Origin: an uncultured bacterium
GTDB taxonomy: Bacteria > Krumholzibacteriota > Krumholzibacteriia > Krumholzibacteriales > Krumholzibacteriaceae
Assembly (NCBI GenBank): GCA_963813815.1
Contig: CAWFAD010000007.1
Location: forward strand, 64,001 to 128,000
Direction of reading: 5' to 3'
DNA: 64,000 nucleotides
The notes below the pieces were generated by a model. The model saw only the letters and a program-made list of their open reading frames with translations, did not search any database and was not told the DNA's origin. A program made the position numbers and the translations under genes. Positions 1 through 9,347 of this stretch are shown here, piece after piece. Each line of letters starts with the position of its first letter. Position 1 is the stretch's first letter.

Positions 1-330
1 CTCCATCCCGGCATCCTGCGGCTCCTGCGCGACACGGTCGCCGCGGCCCACAAGCACAAGATCTGGGTCGGCGTCTGCGGCGAGATGCCGGGCAGCATTC
101 AGGGCTCCCTCATGCTGCTCGGCCTCGGGCTCGACGAGTTCAGCGCCGCGCCCTACCTCATTCCCACGATCAAGAAGATCGTGCGGTCCGTGACGTACGA
201 CGAAACGCGCTCGCTCGCCCGCAAGGCGCTCGGCATGGGCACCGCGCGCGAGGTCCGCGAGCACATCGAGCGCTACATCCACGAAAAACGGCCCGAGCTC
301 AGGGAATTTCTCCCGGAGGCGCCTTCATGA
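1..330 (+). CDS. ptsI: PEP-protein phosphotransferase (PTS enzyme I), C-terminal fragment, 5'-truncated by the window
   Basis: Frame 1 from base 1 reads LHPGILRLLRDTVAAAHKHKIWVGVCGEMPG...LLGLGLDEFS, matching the EI C-terminal motifs (HP.VL, VGVCGEM, LLGLG.DEFS). Confidence 0.9.
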   Translation, partial: LHPGILRLLRDTVAAAHKHKIWVGVCGEMPGSIQGSLMLLGLGLDEFSAAPYLIPTIKKIVRSVTYDETRSLARKALGMGTAREVREHIERYIHEKRPELREFLPEAPS

Positions 331-1400
331 GTCAGGAAGATCTCCTGCGGCACTACCGCGTCGACGCGGGCCGGATGCTCGATCGCGTCGTCCAGCTCCC
401 CGACCAGATCGAGCAGGCCTGGCAGATGATGAAATCGTTCAAGTCGCCCGCGCCGCGCGGCAAGGGGCCCGTCATCATCTGCGGGATGGGGGGGTCGGCG
501 ATCGGCGGCATGCTGCTCCGCGACCTCGTCCGGCAGGAATCTTCCGTGCCCGTGGTGCTCGAATCGACGTACGCCCTGCCGGCCTTCGCCGGCAAGGGGA
601 CGCCCGTCGTCTGCGTGAGCTACAGCGGCAACACGGAAGAGGTCCTGAGCTGCCTCCATAACGCCCTCATGCGCGGCTGCCCGACGATCGCCCTCTGCTC
701 CGGCGGAGCCCTCGCCGCGGAGGCCGATCGCGCCGGGATTCCCGCGATCCTCGTTCCCGCGGGAATGCCGCCGCGCGCGGCGCTCGGCTATCTGTTCATC
801 CCGCTCCTCGCCCTCGTGTCGAGGTGGGGGTGGTACGCCGCGACCGACGACGACATCGACGCCGCCGTGCGGCGGTGCCGCAAGCTCGTGGAGATGCATT
901 CGATCGAGGGGGACGCGGCGGGGAGCCGGGGGCTCCAGCTCGCCAAGCGCCTCTACGGAAAGACCCCCCTCGTATACGCGGGGGACGGGCTGCTCGCCTC
1001 CGCCGCCTACCGGTGGAAATGCCAGCTGAACGAGAACGCGAAGAGCATGGCGTTCGCCAACCATTTCCCCGAGCTCGGACACAACGAGATCATGGGGTGG
1101 ACGGCGCCGGAGCGTTTGCGGAGCGATTACTTTCTCGTCATGCTGCGCGACGCCGAGGATCATCCCCGGGTGCAGCGCGGCATGGAGGCCGCCTACCGGA
1201 TGCTGGAACCGCTCGCGAGCGGCTCCGTTCTCATCGAGAGCGAAGGGGATCGGGGGCGCGCCGGCCGCCTCGCCCGGCTCCTCTCCGTCGTTCTCTTCGG
1301 CGATTTCACGAGCGTCTTTCTCGCCGTCGAATACGGCAAGGACCCGACACCCATCGAGATGATAGACCGGTTGAAGGACGAGCTGAGATTGGAGGAATGA
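327..1400 (+). CDS. bifunctional phosphoglucose/phosphomannose isomerase (SIS fold)
   Basis: Motifs GMGGSAIGG, SYSGNTEE, PRAALG, RWKCQLNENAK and FPELGHNEI. Confidence 0.9.
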   Translation: MSQEDLLRHYRVDAGRMLDRVVQLPDQIEQAWQMMKSFKSPAPRGKGPVIICGMGGSAIGGMLLRDLVRQESSVPVVLESTYALPAFAGKGTPVVCVSYSGNTEEVLSCLHNALMRGCPTIALCSGGALAAEADRAGIPAILVPAGMPPRAALGYLFIPLLALVSRWGWYAATDDDIDAAVRRCRKLVEMHSIEGDAAGSRGLQLAKRLYGKTPLVYAGDGLLASAAYRWKCQLNENAKSMAFANHFPELGHNEIMGWTAPERLRSDYFLVMLRDAEDHPRVQRGMEAAYRMLEPLASGSVLIESEGDRGRAGRLARLLSVVLFGDFTSVFLAVEYGKDPTPIEMIDRLKDELRLEE

Positions 1401-2374
1401 TGAAAGCGATCATCCCGGTCGCCGGCATCGGGAAGCGGCTGCGCCCCCATACGCTCAACATCCCGAAGGCGCTCCTCAACGTCGCGGGCAAGCCGATCCT
1501 CGGCCACATCGTCGACAGCCTCCTCTCCATGGGCGTCAAGGAGCTCGTCCCCGTCGTCGGCTACAAGGGGGAGCTCATCCGGGAATATCTCTCGACCGCC
1601 TACCGCGTCCCCACGACCTTCGTCGAGCAGACGGAGCAAAAGGGGATCGCCCACGCCGTCTCCCTCGCCCGTCGGCACGCGGACGGATCGGAGATCATCA
1701 TCATCCTCGGGGATACGATCATCAAAACCGACTTCCGGCGCATACCGGCCGCGGGAAGCAACGTGCTCGGGGTCCGCGAGGTGCAGGATCCGAGCCGCTT
1801 CGGGATCTGCGAGGTCGAGGGCGGGATCATCAGGCGCATCGTCGAGAAGCCCGAGCATCCCGCGGGCAATCTCGCGCTCATCGGGCTCTACTACTTTCTC
1901 GATTCGTCGCCGCTGTTCGCCGCCTGCGCCGAGGTGATCGAGCAAGGCATCATGACCAAGGGGGAGTATCAGATCACCGACGCGCTTCAGCTCATGATCG
2001 ACCGGGGCGCGGAGTTCCGCCCCTATCACATCGACGGCTGGTACGATTGCGGCAAGGTGGAGACCCTCCTCGAGACGAATCGGATCCTGCTCGCGGACGC
2101 CAAGACGACCGCGAAACGCGACGGGTGCATCGTCATACCGCCGTGCTTCATCGACGCGGAGAGCCGCATCACGAACTCGATCATCGGGCCGCACGTATCG
2201 GTCGCGAAAGGGTGCGAGATCCGCGGCTCCATCATCGAGAACTCGATTCTCAACGAGGGATCGAGCATCGAAAACGTGATCCTCGAGGGATCGGTCGTCG
2301 GAGCCTTCGCCGAGGTCACGGGGCGGAAGGGCAGCGTCAACGTGAGCGATTACTCCCAGATCGACTACCGGTGA
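1397..2374 (+). CDS. sugar-phosphate nucleotidyltransferase (glucose-1-phosphate thymidylyltransferase-like) with C-terminal left-handed beta-helix
   Basis: MKAIIPVAGIGKRLRPHT..PKALL.VAGKP, VEKP and WYDCGK motifs, hexapeptide repeats; GGAGG RBS, ATG overlapping the upstream stop. Confidence 0.85.
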   Translation: MMKAIIPVAGIGKRLRPHTLNIPKALLNVAGKPILGHIVDSLLSMGVKELVPVVGYKGELIREYLSTAYRVPTTFVEQTEQKGIAHAVSLARRHADGSEIIIILGDTIIKTDFRRIPAAGSNVLGVREVQDPSRFGICEVEGGIIRRIVEKPEHPAGNLALIGLYYFLDSSPLFAACAEVIEQGIMTKGEYQITDALQLMIDRGAEFRPYHIDGWYDCGKVETLLETNRILLADAKTTAKRDGCIVIPPCFIDAESRITNSIIGPHVSVAKGCEIRGSIIENSILNEGSSIENVILEGSVVGAFAEVTGRKGSVNVSDYSQIDYR

Positions 2375-2389
2375 GCTTTTCGTTTCCGC

Positions 2390-2418
2390 TTGACCCGGCT
2401 CCCCGGCTCGACTAGCTT
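2390..2418 (+). promoter_or_regulatory. sigma70-like promoter for metK
   Basis: TTGACC-17nt-TAGCTT in the intergenic gap. Confidence 0.55.
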
Positions 2419-2461
2419 TCTTCTCTACGTTCGACACGAAATCGTTCCAAGGAGTAGATAC

Positions 2462-3604
2462 ATGACGGAAAAGCATCTCTTCACGTCCGAGTCGGTCACC
2501 GAGGGGCATCCCGACAAGATAGCGGACCAGATATCGGACAGCGTCGTCGACGCGATCCTCTCGCGGGACCCGCTCGGACGCGTCGCGTGCGAATGCCTCG
2601 TGACGACCGGCCTCGTGTTCGTCGCCGGCGAGATTCATACGGAGACGTACGTCGACATCCCCTCCACCGTGCGGGGCGTCATCCGCGACATCGGATACGT
2701 CGAGCCCCACCTCGGCTTCGATTTCGAGACGGCGGCGGTTCTGAGCTCCATCGACGAGCAGTCGGGCGACATCGCGCTCGGCGTCGACACGGGGGGGGCG
2801 GGCGACCAGGGGATGATGTTCGGCTACGCCTGCACGCAGACGGACGTTCTCATGCCGATGCCGATCGTCGTGGCCCACCGGCTCGCGAGGCGGCTCTCCG
2901 AGGCGCGCCGGAGCGGGCTCTTGCCCTATCTCAAACCGGACGGCAAGTCGCAGGTCACGATCGAGTACGAAGACCATATGCCGAAGAAGTTCCATACGGT
3001 GCTCGTTTCGGCGCAGCACGCCGAGGACGTGACGATCGAGCAGCTGCGCGAGGACCTCGCGAGGGAGATTATCCGACCCGTCGTCGCCGAAATGAAGATC
3101 GACGCCTCGGATTACCGGATTCTCGTGAATCCCACCGGCCGGTTCGTCAAGGGCGGACCTGCCGCCGATACGGGCCTCACCGGACGCAAGATCATCGTCG
3201 ACACGTACGGCGGGTACGCGAGCCACGGCGGGGGCGCCTTCTCGGGAAAGGACCCGACGAAGGTCGATCGCTCCGGCTCCTACGCGGCGCGCCACGTCGC
3301 CAAGAACATCGTCGCCGCGGGCCTCGCGAAGGAGTGCCAGGTGCAGGTCGCGTACGCGATCGGCGTCGCGGAGCCGATATCCGTCATGGTCGACACCCTC
3401 GGAACGGGGAAGCTACCGGACGAGAGGCTCACGAGCATCGTTCGCGACGTGTTCGACCTCACGCCTCGCGGCATCATCGACCGGCTGAAGCTCCGCCGGG
3501 GCATCTATCGATCGACGGCCGCGTACGGGCACTTCGGCCGCACCGAGCCCGAGTTCTCGTGGGAGGCGCTCGACATGGTGGACGCCGTCAGGGCGAGAGT
3601 ATAG
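2462..3604 (+). CDS. metK: S-adenosylmethionine synthetase
   Basis: [35 protein letters not shown] and YGHFGR; AAGGAG RBS before ATG 2462. Confidence 0.98.
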   Translation: MTEKHLFTSESVTEGHPDKIADQISDSVVDAILSRDPLGRVACECLVTTGLVFVAGEIHTETYVDIPSTVRGVIRDIGYVEPHLGFDFETAAVLSSIDEQSGDIALGVDTGGAGDQGMMFGYACTQTDVLMPMPIVVAHRLARRLSEARRSGLLPYLKPDGKSQVTIEYEDHMPKKFHTVLVSAQHAEDVTIEQLREDLAREIIRPVVAEMKIDASDYRILVNPTGRFVKGGPAADTGLTGRKIIVDTYGGYASHGGGAFSGKDPTKVDRSGSYAARHVAKNIVAAGLAKECQVQVAYAIGVAEPISVMVDTLGTGKLPDERLTSIVRDVFDLTPRGIIDRLKLRRGIYRSTAAYGHFGRTEPEFSWEALDMVDAVRARV

Positions 3605-3646
3605 CGCCGCGCGGCCGCGCGGCGGAGAAGGGAAAGGAAACGGGAC

Positions 3647-4903
3647 ATGCGGTACGACTGCAAGGATATGGGGCTCGCTGAGGCGGGTCGGAAGCGGATC
3701 GAATGGGCCTGGGAGAACATGCCCGTCTGCGGCATGATCCGCTCGCGCTTCGAAAAGGAAAAGCCCCTCGCCGGGGTGCGGATCGCCGCGTGCCTCCACG
3801 TGACGACCGAGACGGCGAACCTCGCCGCGGCCCTCAAGGCGGGAGGGGCGGAGGTGGCGCTCTGCGCCTCGAATCCCCTCAGCACGCAGGACGACGTCGT
3901 CGCCTCGCTCGTGAAGCACGAGGAGATTCCCACCTTCGCCGTGAAGGGGGAGGACGGGGATCGTTACTACGGACATATCAAGGCCGTGCTCGACACGAAG
4001 CCCGTGGTCACGATGGACGACGGGGCGGATCTCGTGAGCATGCTCCACAAGGAGCGCCGCGAGCTCCTCGGAGCGATCAGGGGAGGCACCGAGGAGACGA
4101 CGACGGGGGTCATCAGGCTCCGGAGCATGGAGCGCAACGGCGTTCTCGCCTATCCCATCATCGCCATCAACGACGCCGAGACGAAGCACCTCTTCGACAA
4201 CCGCTACGGCACCGGCCAGAGCACGATCGACGGTATCCTGCGAGCGACGAACATGCTCTTCGCGGGCTCGCGGGTCGTCGTCTTCGGCTACGGCTGGTGC
4301 GGGCGCGGCACCGCGGCCAGGGCGAAGGGCATGGGGGCGAACGTGATCATCTGCGAGGTCGATCCGCTCAAGGCGCTCGAGGCCGTGATGGACGGGTACA
4401 CCGTGCTGCCGTCGCTCGAGGCGGCCTCGATCGGCGATGTGTTCCTCACCGTCACGGGCGATACGGCGATTGTGCGCCAGGAGCATTTCGAACGGATGAA
4501 GAGCGGAGCGATCGTCGCGAACTCCGGCCACTTCAACGTCGAGATCGACATTCCCGCGCTCGAGCGGCTCGCCGTCGGCAAGAGCGCGCCGCGCGAAAAC
4601 GTCGCGCAGTACGTCCTCCGGGACGGCCGGAAGATCAACCTGCTCGGGGAGGGACGCCTCATCAATCTCGCCGCCGCCGAGGGTCATCCGGCGATGGTCA
4701 TGGACATGAGCTTCGCCGACCAGCTCCTCTCCGTCGAGCACATCGTCAAGGGCGTCGAGAAGCTCGAGAAAAAGGTCTACGCGGTTCCGCGGGCGATCGA
4801 CAGCATGGTCGCCTCGCTCAAGCTCGCGTCCATGGGAGTCCGGATCGACGAGCTCACCGAGCAGCAGAGGCGTTACCTCGCGAGCTGGGAAGAGGGAACC
4901 TGA
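3647..4903 (+). CDS. ahcY: adenosylhomocysteinase
   Basis: [44 protein letters not shown] and [12 protein letters not shown]. Confidence 0.97.
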   Translation: MRYDCKDMGLAEAGRKRIEWAWENMPVCGMIRSRFEKEKPLAGVRIAACLHVTTETANLAAALKAGGAEVALCASNPLSTQDDVVASLVKHEEIPTFAVKGEDGDRYYGHIKAVLDTKPVVTMDDGADLVSMLHKERRELLGAIRGGTEETTTGVIRLRSMERNGVLAYPIIAINDAETKHLFDNRYGTGQSTIDGILRATNMLFAGSRVVVFGYGWCGRGTAARAKGMGANVIICEVDPLKALEAVMDGYTVLPSLEAASIGDVFLTVTGDTAIVRQEHFERMKSGAIVANSGHFNVEIDIPALERLAVGKSAPRENVAQYVLRDGRKINLLGEGRLINLAAAEGHPAMVMDMSFADQLLSVEHIVKGVEKLEKKVYAVPRAIDSMVASLKLASMGVRIDELTEQQRRYLASWEEGT

Positions 4904-4913
4904 GGCCCGCCCC

Positions 4914-6527
4914 TCATTTCAGTATCGAGAATTCCTCGGCGCGGGTGGTCGTGCGGAACGTCCGCCGGTCCGTGACCGTCACCGTGAGGCGGAAACGCCC
5001 CTCCCAGAGATTCTCCGTGGCGATCGACAGGCGCTGGGGCTGCACGGCGCCGAAGCCGCTCGTTTCGAAGGACGAGCTGATGGGCGGAGGGATCTCTTCC
5101 AGCACCGGCCCGGCGCGCCGTTTGTCGAGGGGTACGATCCGGTACTCGACCCGGTAGTACGCCATCCCTTCGTCGGACGTGTCGAGCCCGTAGATCTCGA
5201 AGTAGATCGAGATGGGAAACGGTATGCGGTAGGCGCGGAGCGGATGCGGCACGACCCGCAGGGCGCCCTTCCGGAACCGCCCGCCCTCCTCGCTCTCCGT
5301 GATGCCGCTCGCGAACTGGATGTCGCTCGTCGAAGGGGACCCGTCGTACGGCCCGAGCTCGAGATTCGTGCGGTACGCGGCCCGGCGCGAGCCCCCTCGA
5401 TCGACCGCCTCGATGCCGATCCGGTAGTACCCGGGCTCGAGGGCGAGCACCACCTGTCCGGGAATGAGGCTCGTCCCGACGGAGGCGTCGGCGGCGAGGC
5501 GCGGCTGCACGAGATCGGAATCCGCCGCGACGACGCGGTTCTCGAAATCTCGCACGAGCACCTTGAACGCGACGTCCGCCTCGAGCGTCCCCTCGCGCCG
5601 GACGAAGCGCACCTCGCTCGCGGGGACTTCGAAGCTCACCTCCGTCCTCACGGTTCCCTCGCCGCCCCGGAACCCCGCGACGTCGAAGTAGAGCGGGAGG
5701 CTCTCGCGGTTCATCTCGAACGAGTAGACGGCCGGATGCTCCTCGAGGTAGGTATAGAAGTTGTTGACGGAGCGCCGGACCTTCTCCTCCTCCCACTCGG
5801 CGATGAGATCCCTGAAGGTCGACGCCGCCATGCGCAGGTCCTGGTCCGCGACGTAGTCGATCTCGTCCGGATTCCAATCGGCGAGATCCTTCACCTCGTC
5901 GGGGCTCATGTACTCGATGGGGTAGAGGCGCTGGAGAACGCCGTATTTGGCGATGGCGCTGATATTCTGTATGCGATCGAGCTCGCGGCGGGACGAGCGG
6001 CCGACGGGGTCGCTCGCGAAGAAGAACTCCCCCTTGAGGTTGAAGTTCGAGAACTGCACGATCATGTCGAACGAGCGGTAGTACCACACCTCGCCGGGCG
6101 GCGTGAACTCGTAGAACCCGACCGTTCCGTGCACCTCGGTGCGATCGGTCGGCATGCCCCACCGGATGAGCGCCTCGCCGCGCCGGTCCCACCCCGGGGG
6201 CTTCTTCATGCCGAAGAGCTTCCGCGCGAGGGCGACGCGTTTTTCGTGCTCGATCCGGCGCTCGTTCTCCGCCGTGGCCGGGGTCGGGTCGCGGTCGATC
6301 CAGAACCCCTCCATCCAGCTCTCGCGCTCCCGCGCCGTGGGGAGCCCGAGGTACTGCCTCTTCTGATGTCCGTTGAGAAAGTATCCGAGGCCGAAATAGG
6401 CGAGGCGCTCCTCGGCCCCGATGGCGCGGATGCGGGCGAGCTCGCCCTTGAACGCCTCCTTCGCCCCGCGCGCGGGGAGGGGAAGCGCCGCGAGGGCGAG
6501 CGCCACGATGACGGCCGTTCTTCGCAT
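4914..6527 (-). CDS. GWxTD-domain-like exported protein
   Basis: Signal peptide MRRTAVIVALALAALPLPARG; FW..RDPTPAT.ENE...EH.KRV..A...F followed by GWDRRG..LIRWG.P and EVWYY; C-terminal VPHP...Y.....I.IYFEIYGL domain. Confidence 0.75.
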   Translation of the reverse strand: MRRTAVIVALALAALPLPARGAKEAFKGELARIRAIGAEERLAYFGLGYFLNGHQKRQYLGLPTARERESWMEGFWIDRDPTPATAENERRIEHEKRVALARKLFGMKKPPGWDRRGEALIRWGMPTDRTEVHGTVGFYEFTPPGEVWYYRSFDMIVQFSNFNLKGEFFFASDPVGRSSRRELDRIQNISAIAKYGVLQRLYPIEYMSPDEVKDLADWNPDEIDYVADQDLRMAASTFRDLIAEWEEEKVRRSVNNFYTYLEEHPAVYSFEMNRESLPLYFDVAGFRGGEGTVRTEVSFEVPASEVRFVRREGTLEADVAFKVLVRDFENRVVAADSDLVQPRLAADASVGTSLIPGQVVLALEPGYYRIGIEAVDRGGSRRAAYRTNLELGPYDGSPSTSDIQFASGITESEEGGRFRKGALRVVPHPLRAYRIPFPISIYFEIYGLDTSDEGMAYYRVEYRIVPLDKRRAGPVLEEIPPPISSSFETSGFGAVQPQRLSIATENLWEGRFRLTVTVTDRRTFRTTTRAEEFSILK

Positions 6528-7606
6528 CACTGATTCGCCCTGTGGAGCAGCACTCCTCCGATGACGAGGAAGACGACGTTCCCGAGCCACGCGCTCGCGA
6601 ACGGCGGGATGACGCCGCTGTGGCCGAGCGCCTGGCCGATGCGGATGATTCCGTAGTAGGTGAAGCTGATGAAGAGCGTGAGTCCGAATCCTGTCGCCAT
6701 GGACGGTTTCCTCTTCGCCGAGGCGAGCGCCGCGCCGATCACCGCGAATATGAGGTTCGTGAACGGAAAGCTGAATTTAAAATAGAGATCGACGAGGTAC
6801 TTGTCAACGGGGCCGCCGCTCCGCCGGAGCCGGTCGATGTAGCGGCGCAGCTCCCTCGCGTTCATCTCGTCCGGGGAGATCTCCTCGCGCATGAAATCCT
6901 CGGGGCGCTCGACGAGGTCCCTGACCTCGAGCTTCGAGAAGGTCGCCACCCGCTCTCCGTCCGCCGAGAACGTGCGCGTCGCTCCGTCGATGAATACCCA
7001 CTGGGCTCCGTCCCAGGAGGCCTTCTTCGCGTCGATCCTCCGCGAAAGCGTTCCCTCGCGGTACTCGTGCACGATCACGTTCGCGAGCGACTTGAGAACG
7101 ACGTCGTATCGCTGCGCGTAGTACGTGCGTCCCTGCTCCCCCTGATAGTGGACGTTGTCACGGTAGCGCTCGTTCTCGCGCCGCTTCTCCCCCTTGATCC
7201 GCACCTCCTTGATCTCCTCGCTCTTCCGGTTCGCCTGGGGCAGGAGAAACTCGCCGTACGTGAGGACGCCGAGGCTGATGACGACGGACGAGACGATGAT
7301 CGGCGAGGCGACGCGCGTGAGCGGCGTGCCGGAGGCGATGAACGCCGTGAGCTCGCCGAGCCGCGAGAGCCTCCCGAGGGAGAACACCGCCGCGAGCAGA
7401 ACGGCCACCGGCATGACGAGGACGAGGATCCAGGGGACCATGTACGCGTAGAGGAGGATGACGTCCATGACCCGCGCGTGGAAATCGATGTAGTCGTCGA
7501 TCTGCTCGTTCACGTCGACCGTGATGTAGATCGCCGCGAAGGCGATGAGCCCGATCGCGAGGTTGCGCCAGAAGTCGACGAGGAGGTAACGGTCATGAAT
7601 GCGCAC
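6527..7606 (-). CDS. lptG: LPS export ABC transporter permease LptG (YjgP/YjgQ family)
   Basis: DRYLL start, GELTAFIASG motif, six-TM layout, KFSFPF and SAWLGN; second of a tandem pair. Confidence 0.85.
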   Translation of the reverse strand: MRIHDRYLLVDFWRNLAIGLIAFAAIYITVDVNEQIDDYIDFHARVMDVILLYAYMVPWILVLVMPVAVLLAAVFSLGRLSRLGELTAFIASGTPLTRVASPIIVSSVVISLGVLTYGEFLLPQANRKSEEIKEVRIKGEKRRENERYRDNVHYQGEQGRTYYAQRYDVVLKSLANVIVHEYREGTLSRRIDAKKASWDGAQWVFIDGATRTFSADGERVATFSKLEVRDLVERPEDFMREEISPDEMNARELRRYIDRLRRSGGPVDKYLVDLYFKFSFPFTNLIFAVIGAALASAKRKPSMATGFGLTLFISFTYYGIIRIGQALGHSGVIPPFASAWLGNVVFLVIGGVLLHRANQ

Positions 7607-8987
7607 GATGCCACCGTCTCAGCGGATTGTATCGTTCCCAGGCGATCGCCGTGAACTCGCGGTTCGTGCGCCGGATGAGGACGACGGCGACGGCGAAGAG
7701 AATGATGTTGGCCATCCACATCGAAAGCCACGGCTCGACGTACCGGCGGTCGGCGAGCTTCTCGCCGCTGATGAGAAACACGTAGTAGACGAGGAAAAAG
7801 AAGATACTGAAGCCGATCGCCACCGTCATGCCCCGGCGTCCCGAGCGTATCGCGAGGGGGGCGCCGAGCAGTATGAAGATGATGCAGCTCATGGGGATGG
7901 CGTACTTCTTGTGAATCTCGACCCCGTAGCGGTTGATCTGGTCGAGGATGCCGTCGACCTCGTACGTTTTCACGGTGAGCATCTGGAGTATTCGCTCCGC
8001 CTCGCTCGCCGCGCGGGGGATGGCGCGCGGCCTCTCGTCGTCCTGCGTCGCGGCCCTCGCCGGCTCGGATTTCGGCGCGAGCTCCGAGGCTGCCGGCGCG
8101 ACCCGCGCGAGGACGGAGACGACGTGATCGCGGGCCACGCGGTGCATTTGGGCGCGCGCCGCCGCGGCGGTTCCGTCGTATTCGCGGGCGCGCTCGCGCA
8201 TCATGCCCGCGCTCATCTCCCGGTCGCTGCGGTAGGTTCTGTCCGTGCGCCGGAGATCCCTTCCCGCGTCCTGCAGATTCACCGTGAAGTGCTTGAATCG
8301 CGTGAGACGGTAGGTCTTGATGTCCGCGGGATCGGGCATTTCGTGGATCTCGCCGTCGTCGAGCTCGAACCGGAGGACCATGTCCTCCTCGCTGTAGCTC
8401 ATCCGTCCGCTCGTCGCGATGATCGTCCTCGGCGCGGGGCCCTTGCGGTCGTAGATCTGCACGCCGCCGATCGTTCCCGAGCGGTCGTTCTTCTCGCGCA
8501 CGAGTATCGTGTAGCCGTCGACGGCGTCGCTGAAGATATTCTCCCTGATCTCGAGCGTCGGCTTCATGCGGCCGATGTCGATCATGAGGTTCGCGAGCCG
8601 GTGGTTGCTCTCGGGCAGGAGCATGTCGTTGTAGAAGATCATGCCGATCCCCATGACGGCGGAGGCCGCGATCACCGGCCGGAGCATCCGGTAGAGAGAA
8701 ATGCCGCTCGATTTCATCGCGATGATCTCGTTCTCGGCGGCGAGCTGTCCGAACGCCATGAGCGTCGCCGGCATCACGGCCATTGGTATAATTAATGCGA
8801 ACATATGGCCGAGACTGAGCACGAAGAACTCCAGAACGATCGGCAGCCTGACCCCGTTCGCGATGAATTTGCCGATCCAGCGGATGATGAAATCCATGAC
8901 GAATACGAAGGTGATGACGGAGAGCGCGAAGAAGTAGGGACCGACGTGGCTCGAAAGTATGTAGCGGTCGAGAATTTTTGTTTTCAT
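7593..8987 (-). CDS. lptF: LPS export ABC transporter permease LptF (YjgP/YjgQ family)
   Basis: KILDRYIL, ENEIIAMKSSGIS, EIHKKYAIP and SMWMANI motifs. Confidence 0.85.
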   Translation of the reverse strand: MKTKILDRYILSSHVGPYFFALSVITFVFVMDFIIRWIGKFIANGVRLPIVLEFFVLSLGHMFALIIPMAVMPATLMAFGQLAAENEIIAMKSSGISLYRMLRPVIAASAVMGIGMIFYNDMLLPESNHRLANLMIDIGRMKPTLEIRENIFSDAVDGYTILVREKNDRSGTIGGVQIYDRKGPAPRTIIATSGRMSYSEEDMVLRFELDDGEIHEMPDPADIKTYRLTRFKHFTVNLQDAGRDLRRTDRTYRSDREMSAGMMRERAREYDGTAAAARAQMHRVARDHVVSVLARVAPAASELAPKSEPARAATQDDERPRAIPRAASEAERILQMLTVKTYEVDGILDQINRYGVEIHKKYAIPMSCIIFILLGAPLAIRSGRRGMTVAIGFSIFFFLVYYVFLISGEKLADRRYVEPWLSMWMANIILFAVAVVLIRRTNREFTAIAWERYNPLRRWHRAHS

Positions 8988-9246
8988 ACGCTTACGGTCG
9001 TATCACCGCCGGGCGTCGTGCAAGAATAATGCCCCGCGCCGGGGAGCCGGCCGCGCCGGCTCGAATCCCCTCCGCGGAACCTCGGGATAGAAGATACCGG
9101 GCGCACATCCTCCTTCCAAGACCTTTTCGGAAGAGGAAAGAGGAGAAGAGGCGCAGTGTATCTTTTTATGGACGATAGCGGCCATTTCTGTCTTTTTTCC
9201 GGGACACCGCCGGGACGGATCGTGTCCGGCGAACATCCCGCAACGG

Positions 9247-9276
9247 TTGTGAAGCATGGCGACTGTAGCATATATT
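9247..9276 (+). promoter_or_regulatory. possible sigma70-like promoter for sprA
   Basis: TTGTGA-18nt-TATATT in the AT-richer divergent intergenic region. Confidence 0.35.
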
Positions 9277-9347
9277 GATTCAGGGATGGCAGCCTTTTCT
9301 CCCTCCCCGCGGTCCCCGGGGAAAACGGCTTTTCGCCCCGCAGGTGG

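Noticed and set aside
9283..9340. GGATGGCAGCC resembling the 3' end of a c-di-GMP-I riboswitch upstream of sprA
   Set aside because: The GCAAACC and GACGCAAAG core elements are absent; only a generic hairpin is present.
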